Shown piece after piece: positions 26,001-41,000 of a stretch of DNA of 64,000 nucleotides. Within the stretch, counting starts at the first letter, position 1. Every line of letters begins with the position of its first letter. The position numbers were made by a program, and so were the translations under genes. The notes under the pieces were generated by a model. It searched no databases and was not told the origin of the DNA. It saw only the letters and a program-made list of their open reading frames with translations. Origin of the DNA: Callorhinchus milii (Eukaryota); assembly GCF_018977255.1 (NCBI RefSeq), contig NW_024704742.1, positions 26,414,001 through 26,478,000 of the forward strand. The letters are read 5' to 3'.

Positions 26001-29000
26001 TTTCAGGGTACAGGATTTATGTACAAAACCAAAGAAAATTATTCAGTAAATAACACTATATCTAAACCCAGATTGAATCTCTCTTCCTAAGTGTGTTAGT
26101 ATCAGCCTGGCTCAGAGGTAAACACTCTCGCCATAATAATAATAATAATCCTTGCATTTGATATAGCGCTTTTCACGTCGGGAGGACGTCCCAAAGCGCT
26201 TCACAGAACACATTGTAAAGTGAATTGACTGTATATTTGTGGGCAAACGCGGCAGTCAATTGCGCACAGCAATGTCCCACAAACAGTCATAGATTGAAAA
26301 TGACCAATTTATTATTGTTTTTGGTTTTGGAGGGATTATTATTAGGCTGTGTGGAGTAAGGAAACTTGCCCAAGGTTTCGCCCTCTGCCTGGAATTGAAC
26401 TCAGGTCTCTCACTTGCAAAGCGAGTGCTCTAACCACTGAGCTACAGGACTCCAAATGCCATGTCCTAATGTTGTGGGTTCAAGCTCCACGCTGGTACTT
26501 TGAATTCACTTTGAATTCACATAGTGCAGGATGTCACTCCAATTCAGTGCTGAAGGAGCACTGCATTGTTGGGAGGTGCCGTCCTTCAGAATAAACACTA
26601 ACCTGAGGTCCTGTCTGGCTGGTCAGATAGATGCTAAAGATCCCATGGCACTATTTAAAAAGAAATGAGACTTTCTCCCGGTGTCCTGGCCACTGCTGAG
26701 AGTGTGTGTGATGCGTCTTACTCACTATGTGACTTACCCTTTTGTGAAGTCACAATGTGCACAAGCACCATGGGTGAGCGTACACAAGTAAACGTGTGCA
26801 AGCAAGCGTACAAACAAATGTGATTATTACCCGGTCTCCCAACATGAAGGCCCCCATATGAAATGCAAGGATTATTAATATTATTATCATAAGCATTTAA
26901 AATGTCTTCTGAGTAAATAAAACATTAAAGCTGATAGCCTGCAGAAATCTTTACCGGTTAAGTTTTGCAAATGCTGTCTTCCAAAAAGGTGTTCCTTCTT
27001 GTTGTGCAGTGAGCTGAAATACTGATTGCACGTCCTGCAGTACAGGTCATTGCTGTCATCATCCTGCTTAAGGAAACAAAAACATCCTAATGTTATTCAG
27101 CAACTATCTACCCACTGCACATCTTTATTGTGACTAGTGCTATTTTCAAGGTAATCAAAATATACTAACGACAAGTACATGTGAATTTATAAGACAGAGA
27201 TCTGCTAACGTAAGCCAATGTCCAAATTGCTGCCACATCTCTATGACACAGTCATTAAATAAATCTCCAAGGCTCCCTGGATAAAGGGAACACCAAACAT
27301 CAAGCCATGGACCAGCATGTTGCAGAATAGGTTCCCAGATACAGCAGAGTTAAGTGAATCTAAATTGAGGCACTAAGATTTGCCTCTTGGGCGGGGATGG
27401 GAAGGGAGGGATGGGATATGAGCGGATTGAATTCAGCCATGGTTCTCATTCCTGATATCTAGTGGATCCGTGTCAACAATAGTGTGAACAGGATTAGGCT
27501 TGGATGAGATGCTGTTCTGGGTCACACAGCTCGTCAACATTTGTAGCCTCGGCTCATCCGAATAGACATGTGGACAATCTACCTGGGGGCTGTCAAATGC
27601 CCATATACAATAATAGGCACCGAAGAGAAAAATGTGACCAAGCACAGAGGAAAATCCTGTACGGACAGCACAAAGTGCATCAGACTTTCTTTAATGTGGG
27701 AGCCACTGAGTAGATGGACACAGATATGTCATGGCTGAAACAACTCTTCAAATTCAAACCTTCCTCCACCCCAGTCAAATCGTAGTGCCTTAACTGAGAT
27801 TTGCTTAATGTAGCAAAACCTAGGAACTTAAGCTGCAGAAGAAGAGAGGGGGGAAGAAGGAAGCGGGGAAGAGTGGGGCTGAAAAATAGTTGGGAAGAAG
27901 CTTATAAATGTTTCCGCCTTTTCCATACACACGTTTGCCTGCAACAACAACAAATTCAACAACAAATAGCATTTATAAAGCACCTTTCACGTTGGGAGTG
28001 AGTCCCAAGGCGCTGGACAATGAAGAGTTTGCACCCAAGCTGCCGGTTTGGATCAGAGAGGGGCGGAGGAGGGATTATAGTTATAGAATTATAGCCATAA
28101 GTGTATAACTATAGAATTATAACTATAAATATATAACTATAATTATATAACTGCAGTATAGTTCTGCTCAATTACTTCATTTAACTTTTTTTTAAAATAA
28201 AAATTTCCACAGCGAAAAAATAACTCTACTCACATCAATTTCCGATAGTGCCACAGCATCGTTTTCAAACTCAGCATCCAGAGACTCCACACCTGATGGC
28301 AATGACATGCTCCATTAAGTGCAACTAGCATTTTGAACGATCAGATGTCTCTCATCAGCAGTGTGATCTCACGGGACACCGCCCTCTCAGGTAAACACTG
28401 CCGGGTCTAGTGTTGAAAGAGTCTTGCTGAATCCAATATTAACTCAGTTTATATGGGAATCTCGTGGACGACTTCCTGATAAGTCACTTTTAAACTCGCT
28501 TCTGGAATTAGCAAGTTACAGTAGGAACCAGTTACCACAATGGTCCGTGAAATCCCAAACAACCTAATAATGGGGCGCGACCTCCCGTTAGCAATTCCGC
28601 ATTGTGTCGCCACCAATTACAACTGGTGATGTGCGCATGCACAGAAGTGACGTCGGTGACATTGACCTGAAGACCTGGAAGTCAGCCACTCTGCAGCACA
28701 CGGGAAGACAGCTGCTCAATGAAGTAAGGAACAGCCATCAGGGCACCACCCGCCTTCTAAGTGAACCAGCGTTATTAAGGGGATCCTCGTAACAGGGTTC
28801 TACTGTTAGTAAACACAAAAAGGAAAAATGTAGCAAAAAAGTATGTGCTAACCTAAGGCGTCAATTTTCAAACATTTTACACGTCATGAGATGATTTGGA
28901 CTGATTGAAAAAGCTGCAATCGATTTTCCTGCTGGTCTCCCACATACTCACAACCAAATGAACAAGTCTGATCTTGAGTGTGCAAATACTGCAAACTTCC

Positions 29001-32000
29001 AAATGGGTCGAGTTCTCATGTAACTGGGTAGCAATATCTACCCCCACTCACACAATTGAATGCAGTTATTACAATCTAAAGGAAATGGTTTCTGCTTACC
29101 ACACAGGTTTTTGACCTTACTGATCGCTCTCCTCTTCAGGAAGGCTTGGTAAGCCTCTGAATTCTGATATGCTTTGAGCTCCTCTATATATCGCTTCTTA
29201 TCCTTCTCTGCTTCATCAATATACTTCTATTGATCATAAAGCAAAGCACCATCAGTCAAAGAGCACATCCTTTGTGGGAAGAAAACTCTATGAATGGCAA
29301 TAATAAGTTTTAGGCGTATGATCTACAAACACTGACGTTCAAAACTCATACAGATTTTGAAATCTCGCTTTTTGAGATTTGTGGACACTTTTTGAGTGCC
29401 CAGCATTCTCCTTCTCATTCCCTTTAAGACACCAACGTCTCAGAACATCTCAATTACACATCAATGGTATTTTGGGAGAAGATTTGTTCAGAGAAAAAAA
29501 ACATGCAAAAATCTTTATTTTTTTTGCAACTCCATAAAAATACAACTTCTACAAAGAGGAGGATGGAGCTATGTCTCACCTGCTTCCCCTCCTGTGAGAG
29601 CTGTGACCACCGAGTGCCCAGCATCTTAGTAATCTCTGTGAAAGGCAGATCTGGATGTTCAGCTTTGAGCTTGGCTCTCTGTTCATTCAGGAATAACACA
29701 TACCTGTCAGGCAGTTACAGGGGATTAAAGGAACAAGTTCTTAAGAAGCGTTGCTACCAGGCTTTTCATTGCAGCAAAACGACAGGAGCGTAAATCTCAG
29801 CGTAAAACCACATTGGATGATTCAGCCATTATAAGCACCACTAAAGATGGCAGTAGGACATAAAGCCATCATCCCTGAGTGACTTTATTTGATAATGATG
29901 AATTGCACGTACATAGACAACCATCGAAATTACTACTAACACACACTTGAGAAACTGCACGCAATCATGTTGTGGCAGAACATCGCAGACTGTTTGTTGA
30001 TCTAAACGGGGGCAACAGTAGAGGCTTTATAATTGGGCTCAGCCCCAGGTTGTCGGGAGGGAGGAAGTAAGGGGAGAGAAGCATAAGTCAGGCTCCTGAA
30101 TCCAGAGATTCTCTGTGAAAGATCGGAGTGTCCAGCAAGAACAGGATCGGGCTCAGCTATGTTGTCGTCCTTGTCAACATTCGAGCCAATGCCCTCAGAC
30201 CTCCCAGCAAGAGGCTGGCTCAACGAATAACCCGATACCTTGAGTGAAGGAATGAAGATCAATAACCAGGAGTTTATGGTGCTTCCAAACATGGGTTGAC
30301 CGTCACCAAGAACTAAGATCCAGCAACAAACAATTCCTTACCCTGTGGTAGGAGCACGAGGTGCAGTGAAATCCTTTGGAGGTTTTCTCTTCTTGCCTTT
30401 GGGCCACCCGCCTTTTCGTTTCTGAGTGTAAAAGACATCAGCATCAGTCAAGACAGGTTTATAGATCTCATATAGATATGGGTAGGACAAATGCCCATAT
30501 GTTTCAATAAGCATCAATAAATGAGAAATTTAATAAAAAAAGTCAAGACTCAAACTCATCACCCACCACACCATGTACAGTAAAACTAACACAAATCTTA
30601 CCTTTACTGAATTGGTCATTCATCGATGCTTATCTATATAAATGGTATAACCGCCTAAATCATATATTCCAATGCTTGCTGGTAAGTGCGCATGTAATCT
30701 TGATCCGTCACTGCACACACTGACCGGCTGCATTGAACTATACATGCGCAGTGTAGATTATTAATTAAATCAGATTTATGACTCGTACAGTTTTCCTGCA
30801 CCTCAGACTTCTCATAAGTCATATTAAATGTTATGGTCCCGAATGATTTGACTTATGAGTTTTACAGTATTCTATATACCAAAGGACTCGAGAAGTGATC
30901 AAGTATGCTTCAGTATGCTGTAGAATACCCAAAGCCAAGAGGTTACAGTGTGGAAACAAATGCATGAGGCAATGAGGAGAGATTGGGTGCTGCTGTACCA
31001 GGCATGAAGTGACCAAATTCAATGTTGTGAAGAGCCTCACCACTACAGCTTAAACATTGAAATTGATCGGTGTCTAAATCTTTAAATGTTTATGTCCTTT
31101 ATGCAGCTGCACCTCAATTCTAAACTTAAATATGCAATTTTCTGGAATAAAAAGAGTAAAACAGTAATTATCCCAGGGAAAGCCAGCTTTACAGTAAAAT
31201 TTTTCTTCCACTTGTGTAGGAAAGTCACCTTTACGTCATGGGATGTGAAGTCACGCAGCAAACCTCGGCAGCCACAACAGCAAGTCACAACCTCCAGCAA
31301 GGACGGCTGGGGATAAGGGCTGCAGATAACGGCTGGCTGGCAGTGACGTAGGACACCTGAGGGACACTTGAGCTGCTTATGAATGTTTGCGGACTTTGAG
31401 AATAGATTTGTGCTGTAAACACCACTGCCAGATGTCTTGTTCTACATGGCCTACTTTAGCATTACACATGATTACAGGATCACAAGATTGGTTTATACGA
31501 ATTTCCCATTTGATCTCGATCTTCTGGAATACCCATCCTAATGCCCTCATCTCAGCATCAAGCTTTTTTAAAAAAATATAAAAGATAAGTCCAGTGTCCT
31601 GGCCTCAACCACCCTTCTTAGCAACCTGTGTTTCAGTCATTACTTACCCTTTGGGTGAAGAAACACTTCCAAGAGGTGGGTGGAATGAAATAGAAATAAT
31701 GTATTATTAGGCTTCAACGTATTGGGGAAAAAATCCACAGCCTTCCCAGTTCCCTTCAGTAGAGTACTAAAAGATATGTATCAAGGTCCAGGGAAAATTA
31801 GCCTCTCCAAAAGCAATTCACTTCAAAGCCCTTGTTCTAGACAAGAATGAACTTTCCACTTCACTTGTAAGAAAACACCACAACAGATTAACACCTTGCT
31901 GCTAAGTTAGCAGGCAGCAGATTTTAGTTTGGCAGCAATTTTACTTTACTATTAATAAACATGCCACTTTATTAGCATGGAAAGAGACACTCGTCATCAG

Positions 32001-35000
32001 ACAGCTTTAAATGGCTTGCATTTTAGTGAAAGCTGTCCTGCTGAAAGCAAAGGGCATAAGGATGTCAAAGAAAGAAAATTTTCATCTCGTTAGTTACAAG
32101 TCTTTAAGACTCTTAAGATGGTAATTGTTCTGCTCTGACATACAAACTGATCACTTCACCCAGCAGGTCTTATCCCATCTATAAAGGTTTGCAAGTAAAG
32201 CGTTTCAACAACTAAGGACACCTGACCCGGGCTCTATGATGTGTTCGTGCTCAGACACACATGTGAAAAGAGCTACTGAATATTTGGAGGCTCCTTTTGT
32301 TGATGAAATCACAGAGCTTATGCTGAGTAGTTTCACCAATAGCAGGATTTTGCTCAGCACTGCTCAGCCTTGGCTCGGCATCGTGCTCTGCCACTTTCAA
32401 GCACTCTCGAGGCTACCCTGCGTGAGGGGCATATATAAATGCAAGTTGTTGTTATTGTTTGGTTTCACACCATTATTTAAATGACTGTCCCACACTTAGA
32501 ATTGGGCATCCTCTGCATTGATTGTTATTCTTAGCAATTGGCTGCCACTCTTCACCCACAAAATACACAGTCAATCCACTTTACAGTATATTCTATGAAT
32601 CGCTTTGAGATGTTTCAATGACATGATGAGGCGCTATATCAAATGCAGCAACAATTATTATTATTATTGCAGAACAGAAAGGGTTACAAAAAAGCATGCA
32701 AGTTCTAAAAGAAACTCTTTAAACTCTCATTATACAAAGAATTCGATGAGAACTGCAGCAGGGAGGTGAAGACAGACATGCTGGGCGGTTACCAATATTT
32801 ACTGCTGTAAATTGCCTGGAGTTCACACGAACCCCATTCTCTCTCTCCCTCTCTCCCTATATATATATATATATATAAGGTTTGAATTCTGAATTCAGAG
32901 CTTTGAATGCTCCAAAGGGAAGACCCAGATCAATTGGATTATTTTGCACAAAATCAACGTCTGCTTTCGACAATAAATAGATTCTGAGTTACAGTATGTG
33001 ACAATCTGGTTGCCTCAAGTGGAAAAGTGCTGTGCAACCTGACAACGGTGGACACTGTGCCAGAGAGCACGCGAGAGACTGGGGGGGGGAAAGAATGGCA
33101 GAGAGAGAGAGAATGGCTGGCATAGCGTATATGCCAGCCATGCACTCTGTATCTCTATAGTGATAGCATAACTTCTGATGAAAGTGGTTTGGGGTTAGCA
33201 TATCAGATAATTTGTATTTTGCAAGATGACTTGTATCCACACTGTTTCCTTATCCACAATGGGACTCACCTCAACTACTGCAGATAAAGGGCTCTCTACC
33301 GTAATTACATCAGAAAGCACCTCCTTCACTTTTGCCATTCCGTGTGCAGTAGCTTGAAATTGCCGTAAGGTGGCATAAGAAAGATATGCTGAACTCTGGG
33401 TACAATCTGCAGCACAGATACAACCAGCAAACAGATTCCCTAATTGTATCTATCACACACTGCTGTTTACTTCACTGGCAGTTCCTGGGTATTGAGAGGA
33501 GCATTCAATGAGGAATGTAAAAATAATTTGGGAAAGCATTCAGTCATTTTAATTTTGCACTTTCGCACATTTGTATTTTCTGCAAACTTTATCAGATATT
33601 GATCTTCACTACTGGCTGCTTTTTAAAATAAGATTTTTTTTTACAAAAGTTGTCTTACAAAATGAGCTTTCTGTGTCACTGATGAGGAGGAATTTTCTTT
33701 AGATTTAGTTTCCGAAGTTAAGTAGTAATATTCTGCATTATTTATGGGTGACAACTTGACTCGGTAGCTAGAACTCTAATCTCTTGGGTCAGGTAATGGA
33801 TTCAAGCCCCACATTGGAATTTAGAAGCACACAAATCAGCCTGACACTCCAGTGCAGTATCTGGCGAGCACGACATTAATCAAAAATCCTTACATTTGAT
33901 TTAGTGCCTTTCACGACAGAGGCATGTCTCAAAGCACTTCACAGGATATACTGTTAGGTGAAGTGACTGTATTTTGTAGGCAAAAGAGGGTTGTCTTACT
34001 TTCACTGTTCCTCTCCCTCACAGTCAGCTTCCAAGTCTGTACAGTGTGCCGTGCGAAGAGTGAGCTTTTATTTGTTTAAAATAACCAATGCCAAAACAAA
34101 CCTTGCACGAGCATATGTCAAGCAATACAGTCAACGCCCTTAAATAAAAAATAAAAATGAGTCCATAGATTCAGCTTATGAAAAGACTTCTGTTAATCGC
34201 AGCATGATATTTAGAGACAGCACCACTGGGTCAAAATCCAGGACACGAGACAAACACGACGGTCTGACTAACCTACTTCTCACACACCTGACTCATCCTC
34301 CAGTTTGGAACAAAGAGGTTTGAGGTGTGACCTGATAGAGGTCATTAGAATCATGTGAGAAATTATTTCCACTAGTCAGTGAATCCGTAACTAGAAGACA
34401 TCAATTTAAGATAATTAGTGAATGAGCAAACGTTAAAGTTAGAATTTTTTTATTCCCGCAAAGTAGTTAGGATACAGAATTATGGATATGGAGACAGAAG
34501 AAGTGGGTGAAACAGAATCCATACTCGTTCTACAGTAAGCTACAAGGGTATGGAGAAAGGACAGATAAATGGGACTGAAAGGATTGCTCTTAAAATGTCA
34601 GCCCAGATACAGATACAGCCTTCTGCTGTGCTGTAGATATGTCTGATTCCCAAGCGGTTTTAGTAGAACTGCTAAAAGCTTACTTGAAGTAGACTTCTCC
34701 CTCTAGGAAATGTGGTCTCGCTAATCGATGCTGGCACTGATTTAAAGAAAACAAAAAAAGGGCTAACTTCGTTTTTAAGAAATGCAATTTGAAAATAAGA
34801 ATTAACTCAAAAATAACTTAAATGGACAGGTCGCAGGCAAGTGGCAAATGAAGTTGTCTTCAACAGTAGGAGTAAGAGAGAGAGTGAAAACAGCAAGGGC
34901 CCTCATTCCAATAACCCACGTCAGAGGCATCTGTGTGGAAGCCAGGCAAGGACAGATTAAGGCCTGCAATGATTTTGTTGTNAAAAAACTGCTGACCTGA

Positions 35001-38000
35001 TTAAAAAAAATTTGTGCCAATAATAATAATCCTTGCATTTGATATAGTGCCTCATTATGTCGTTGAGACATCTCAAAATGCTTCACAGGATATATTTTTA
35101 AATGGATTGACTGTAATAATGTCAAATAATAACATAAATTAACAAATAAATATTGGCAACTTATGGCAGTGCCAGAGGAAGACAGGAAGAGACCATGGAA
35201 TCTCTCACATACCACCCCGAGGTACAAAAATAACAAAGTCAAAGGAGAACAAGGAGAGGGGTGGGGAGAGTACTGACATGGAGAAGAAATGCAAAGTTCC
35301 TTCTCAGCAAACCAGTTCCACAAGGCCCAGGGCTCGATTGTATCTGGAAACTATTGCACCCTGAAGGCACAAACTGCTGGTACAGCAGTGAAAACAGCTA
35401 CCAAGCCAAGGGCTGTCTGTACTTAACATAACATGTAGGAGCAGGAGTAGGCCATTCGACCCTTCGAGCCTGCCCCGCCATTCAATCATGGCTGATCTTC
35501 TAATCTAACTCCAGCTAACAACTTAACCCTGCCTTATCCCCATATCCCTAAACCACTCCCATTAATATTTTCTGCCCTTTATTATTTTTATTTCCACCCA
35601 TATTGTCTCAACCTCCTGGTCATCGGATTTCAGATCCTTCCTCTCCACTGCTTTTATTTCATCCCTAATTAGCAGGACAACCCCCCCTACCTCATTTCCC
35701 ACAGTGCCTATCTTTCCTGTAAACTGAGAACCCTGGAATATTTAACTCCCACCCTAGATCTCCTTGCAACCATGTTTCAGTGATGGCTACTAGATCGTAC
35801 CCACATGTGTCTATCTGCGCTTTTAATTCATCAGTTTTATTCCAAATGCTTCGCACATTCAGATATAACATTTTTAATTTCCTACCATTTCCTCTACTCT
35901 CTGATTCCTTATCTGCGTTGCTAAGCTTCTTACCCCTAGTTAACCTATTCCTATTATCTGGCAGGCTATTCTGCACTGTCATCTTTACTTTTTCTAATGC
36001 TAACTTATGGTTTCTCTTACCTTTATATTACCCCCCTTTACTAGTGTAATTCCTATTTACCTCCCTATTAATTCGTTTAGCTGGGACATTTGTCCCAGCC
36101 CGATTTAAATGCAGCCCTTTTCTCTGAAAGAGCTTCTGACTTACTGTGTACATTTTTAACAGCAATCCATTATGTTGATGCCCAACCGCAGTACACAGGA
36201 CTTCGACAGCAGAGAGCATCATCTGCCCGGATTAAAAATGGACCAATGACCTGATGAAAATTTGAAAAAACACCGTTTAAACAAACCTCACTCAAAGCGA
36301 AGTTGCATTTCCATAGCTAGTGAGCGAACGCAACTGTTTGGAGCCAGCTGACCCGCACACAAACTGCAGCCTCCAGTATTGTGCTTTGGGGGCCCTGTTG
36401 CTTCTTCATTTAAGTGGGTTCTAGATTACGAGTCTGCAGCAATGCGGAGGCTCTTTGGTTCCTACATAAACAATGTTACAAGAGTGTAGGTTTCCAAGAC
36501 AGTCTTGGCTCATAAAGCAAATTCATAGATATTTTTCAAACAGTGGACATCCAGTCACCAAAATAACAAGTCCATCCTGAATTTTTGCACATCAAAATGA
36601 ATTAGGATACATCCCCCCCTCTTCCTCTCTTATCCACTTTTGCTTTCCTCCTTCCTCCCCCTCATTATCTACAGGGAAAACAGGATCAGGAGAGGGTCAT
36701 TCAACCCACTAAACCTCTTCCACCAGTTTATTAGATTTTGGTAGATCTTTTAATCCCTTTTTGTTTGGTCAGGGACGAATCTGGAAACCCAACACTATGC
36801 TGAAGAGTATCCAAACCAAGCTGAGGTTTATATGACATCCCACCCACACATAGAAATTCCAGAGATAGATTGTTGGAATGGAATTCTTACTCTTTCCCTG
36901 GAGAGACACATCCTGCTTACCTAATTCAGGAGAGTATTAGGCACAGGTTTGCAAGAGCCAAGTCTTGAGGACCCCAGAATGTGCTCTGGGGTACTGCTGC
37001 AGTGTAACCAGCTAAAACCACATAGCTTGCCATTGATATCTCTGTCTGGCAAGCTTTCCTGCTGCTTATCCAGCTAGAAATATCCTCCCTTTATCTTAGA
37101 GTATTAATCCCAAAGCTCTGCCTTTTTGCACACTTAATACCTCTACTACTCAGTGTATGTTGGTGGGATGTGTCTCTTTTAAACTTATGGGCAACATGGA
37201 CAAACTATGTTTTTATTTAAATATTCACTCATCTCTGATTCATGTATTTCGCCCAGAAAATATACAGTCAATTCACTTTACAGTATATTCTGTGAAGCGC
37301 TTTGAGATGTCTCAAATGACATAAGGCGCTATATCAAATGCAAGGATAGTTATTATTATGTAAAATTGAACAAAAAACCTATAGGGTAAACTGTGAAATG
37401 CTTTTTCCCCAATTGGGAATCTGGGTCAATAACTGAGAAGCTACGATATAAACAAAGTGCCCAAATCAAGCCAACTTCAGGCTTCTTAGGCCTCACATGA
37501 CCTTTATAAAGTGATATCAGTGGTGTTTCCTGCACATAGCACAGAAAGTGACATCATCAACATTTCCTGTGTATACTGCTCATGGATACAATACACAGGA
37601 AGTGATGTCAGGAGCCGGTCACTGCCAGAAACCAAGTGTATCTCGCTTGCAGTTAGCAAGGATCCACAGGACACCTGTGCTATAAGCAAGGCTGTGCTAT
37701 AGGTGGAGGGGAGGGAATGCTTAGAACAGGTGTCTACCTGCTTGATTTTGGCCAAAGTTCCTGCTACTTCTCCACATTTCCTTTGAAAGCAGCAGTGAAG
37801 TCCAATTCCACCAATCCTGCCCACGAATACCTTTGGTTCGTCATTCTCCAGATCCTTTGCTCCACCGCTGCCTTCCACTTGTCCGTCCAGAATAACGTTC
37901 TGCAGCCTCTGAGGTCCTGTCTCCAAAGGATGGATCTGAAGCAGGGGAGTGCCTGGCGGAATAGCACTCACTGAACCCCGCTGCAACAAAGGCCGTGGAG

Positions 38001-41000
38001 ACACTGCAAAAACAAGGATAATTCACATGTACCAACAACTAACAGCCCCGTGAGGAGCACTGCAGTGAATGAAGATTAACTTAATAAAACGCATTTAATG
38101 TTCAAAGCAGCCTCCATCCACAATACTAAACACACTGTCACACCACAACAGGATGTAAATTATTCCAGCCCGTATACTAGTATATAATTCAAAGGTTAGC
38201 TCTTATGCTCGTATATAATTCAACGGTCAGTATTGATTGACTTCAAGTTCTCATCCTCACTTATAAATCCCTTCACGCTGAGCACCTCCCTATCTCTGTG
38301 ACCTTCTCCCGCCACACTCCTCTGCTTGTCCCCATCGCCCTGCTAACTCGGGCCTGATGTGTGTTCCCCTACATCACAATCAGTGGCTGAGCCTTCAGTT
38401 ACTACGCCCCGAACCTCAGGAATTCCCTTCATCTCGCCGCCTCTCTATTCGTCTTTAAATCCAATGTAAAAATCTACCTCTTCAACTGCATCTACGGTCA
38501 CCACCCCTTCCTCCCTTGCTTGGAGTCTGACACTGTCCTTGGAAAGCGCTTTGAGACGTTATCCTACTTTTGAATCTAAGGTTTGCAAAGCTTTCCACTC
38601 GGGTGTAGATTAGTCCACACAGAAATCATTGCTATCGACATCTCCATTATTGTAGCATGTGATTACCAAGGTGGTAAAAGACCAACTAGATGGACCTTGG
38701 ACATTTTTTCGTCCAGCAATTCCTATTTCCTATGTATATGGAACTTCTTCTCATCGGTGGAACCATACCCAGAAGCAGGAAAAATATGTCAATGACTTCA
38801 GAAGAGGAGGAAAATTGATAGATTGAAACAAACACTGTTAGCCAAATACTTTGGTGACAAATTAGACTTCAAAGATTATATGAAACCACAGGGCACTCTG
38901 TCAAATTGTAGGCATCATCACAGAAACAGTCGACTTTTGGGAAAATGTTTATACGTTACTTTTATTTATCCCTGCCTTCCATGCCAAGATTAGTCCTGTG
39001 CAATTTGGACATTTAACACGTACAGGCAATACTCACCAACCCTGATATAATGTGCCCTGCTAGAGCATAAGCCCGCTTGGAACTCAAGTGTCCTGTGGAC
39101 CCTCAATTACACTTTGCCCAAAATATACACATAGTTACACCGCTTTAGAGTGTATTCTGTGAAGCACTTTGAGTTAAGGCAGTATATCAAAGGTGGACAG
39201 TCCAAGCTAAAGTTGTAATAATAATGATTATTATTAGACTAAAGCAGAAGATAGCTAAGAAGCAAGCTCTGCTCGTCGCATTAAAACAATGAGTCAAAGT
39301 CGATATCCGTAGATTTTTTTAAAATACATGTCTTTGATTTCGGGCCCGGTCTAGCTAGATTCGAATTCCGGATACCCAGAGTCCAGTAAATAAATGAAAG
39401 CAACCGAAAGCAATAATCCAGACACCCCCAAACCAGCCACCAACAAATTAAACCAAGTCATCTTGGAACAAACATACAAGACCATTACCTGCGGTCTGTA
39501 GTTCCAAATTCACATCCGAATTCAGCTGGCCAACATAAGACAACGTACCTCCATTAGCATCTGTAGTCACACACACTATTCTGGAATAAAAAGAAAATTG
39601 CATTCAGAATAGAATTGTTACATAGCCTGGCTCCTGAGAGAAAAGGGAAAGAACATTTATGTAAATCCTTAGCTATTCACAGAAGAAAGCCAATAAAACA
39701 ACGGATCTTTTATTCCACGCTTCTCATTTACTTATCCAATTAGAATAATAATCCTTTCATTTGATTTAGCGCCTCATCGCGTCGTTGAGACATCTCAAAG
39801 TGTTACACAGGATATACCGTGAAGTGGATTGACTGTGTATTTTGTGGGTGAAACACGTCAGCCAGTTGTACACAGCAATGTCTCATAAACAGCAAAGCAG
39901 TGACCAATTGGGGGGACTGTTGGCCAGGACTCCAGGAGTAACTCCCTTCTCCTTTCAAATAGTGCCATGGGATCTCTAACATCTACCTGAACAAGTAGAT
40001 GGGACCTCACTTTAATGTCCCATCTAGATACAGCAAGCAATGAATGACTGCACCAGCAAGTTAACATCATGGCCTCAAACACGTCAACAAAAACTAGATG
40101 CCTTACCCTTGCACATCACAAATGGATCAACTCCCATTAGTAACTTTCCAATACCATTCATTGTAATTATGTTTCTATTTTGTATATCTGCAGTGCTTTA
40201 ATATCATAACAAGGATTATAACAATATCATAAGAGAACAATACTAATATCACATCCAATTTCTGTAGTATATTGCAGAGATACTTGGCATGTTACTTAAG
40301 GTGGAGGGATTCTAGCCTACCAAATAATCAGAATCAGATGTTATACATCCCAGGGCACTGCCGGAAGTTTGTGAGACAACGAACATCATTGCGAAAGTAT
40401 GGCTGACCATTTGGTGAGATTCGGAAAGAAGCAGCCCAAATCTTTACTTTAGTCTAAGATCAATAAGATTGACAATCCTGAAATTCATTTTAAGTTAGGA
40501 TGTTATCTTAGCATGTGGCACAACACAAAACGCACCCTGGTTACTCATTGTCAGGTGAAATATCCTCCTTCCAAACTTTTAAGGCCATTCTGACAAAGCA
40601 ACACAAATATTAGAATAAAACAAGGCCTTTGTGAAATCTCGATGATATGATAAAGCACTACATCATATGCACTGCATCAAATGCAATCTTATTAGTTAAA
40701 TTAATGAATAGTGATATAAACAACATCAACAAATTGCATTTATATAACGCCTTTCACATGGAGGATGTACCAGGATCTGGACAGTGAAGCGTTTGCACCT
40801 GAGCTGGGAGTTGGAAACAAGAGGGGTGGAGGGCAAAGGGAGTGGGAGTGGGAGGATGAACGAAGGTATGATCAAAGAGGAGGGTCTTGAGATGGGCTAT
40901 GGAGGAGCCAATGGAGTGGGAGAGCCGTAGGGGTTGCGGAGTCTGTCCCCAGAGGATGGGGACAGAGATGCTGAAGGCCAATGGTCGAGTGGGCAGGACG

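Noticed and set aside
34982..34982. Isolated N base (another at 51312)
   Set aside because: Assembly ambiguity next to homopolymers, not biology.
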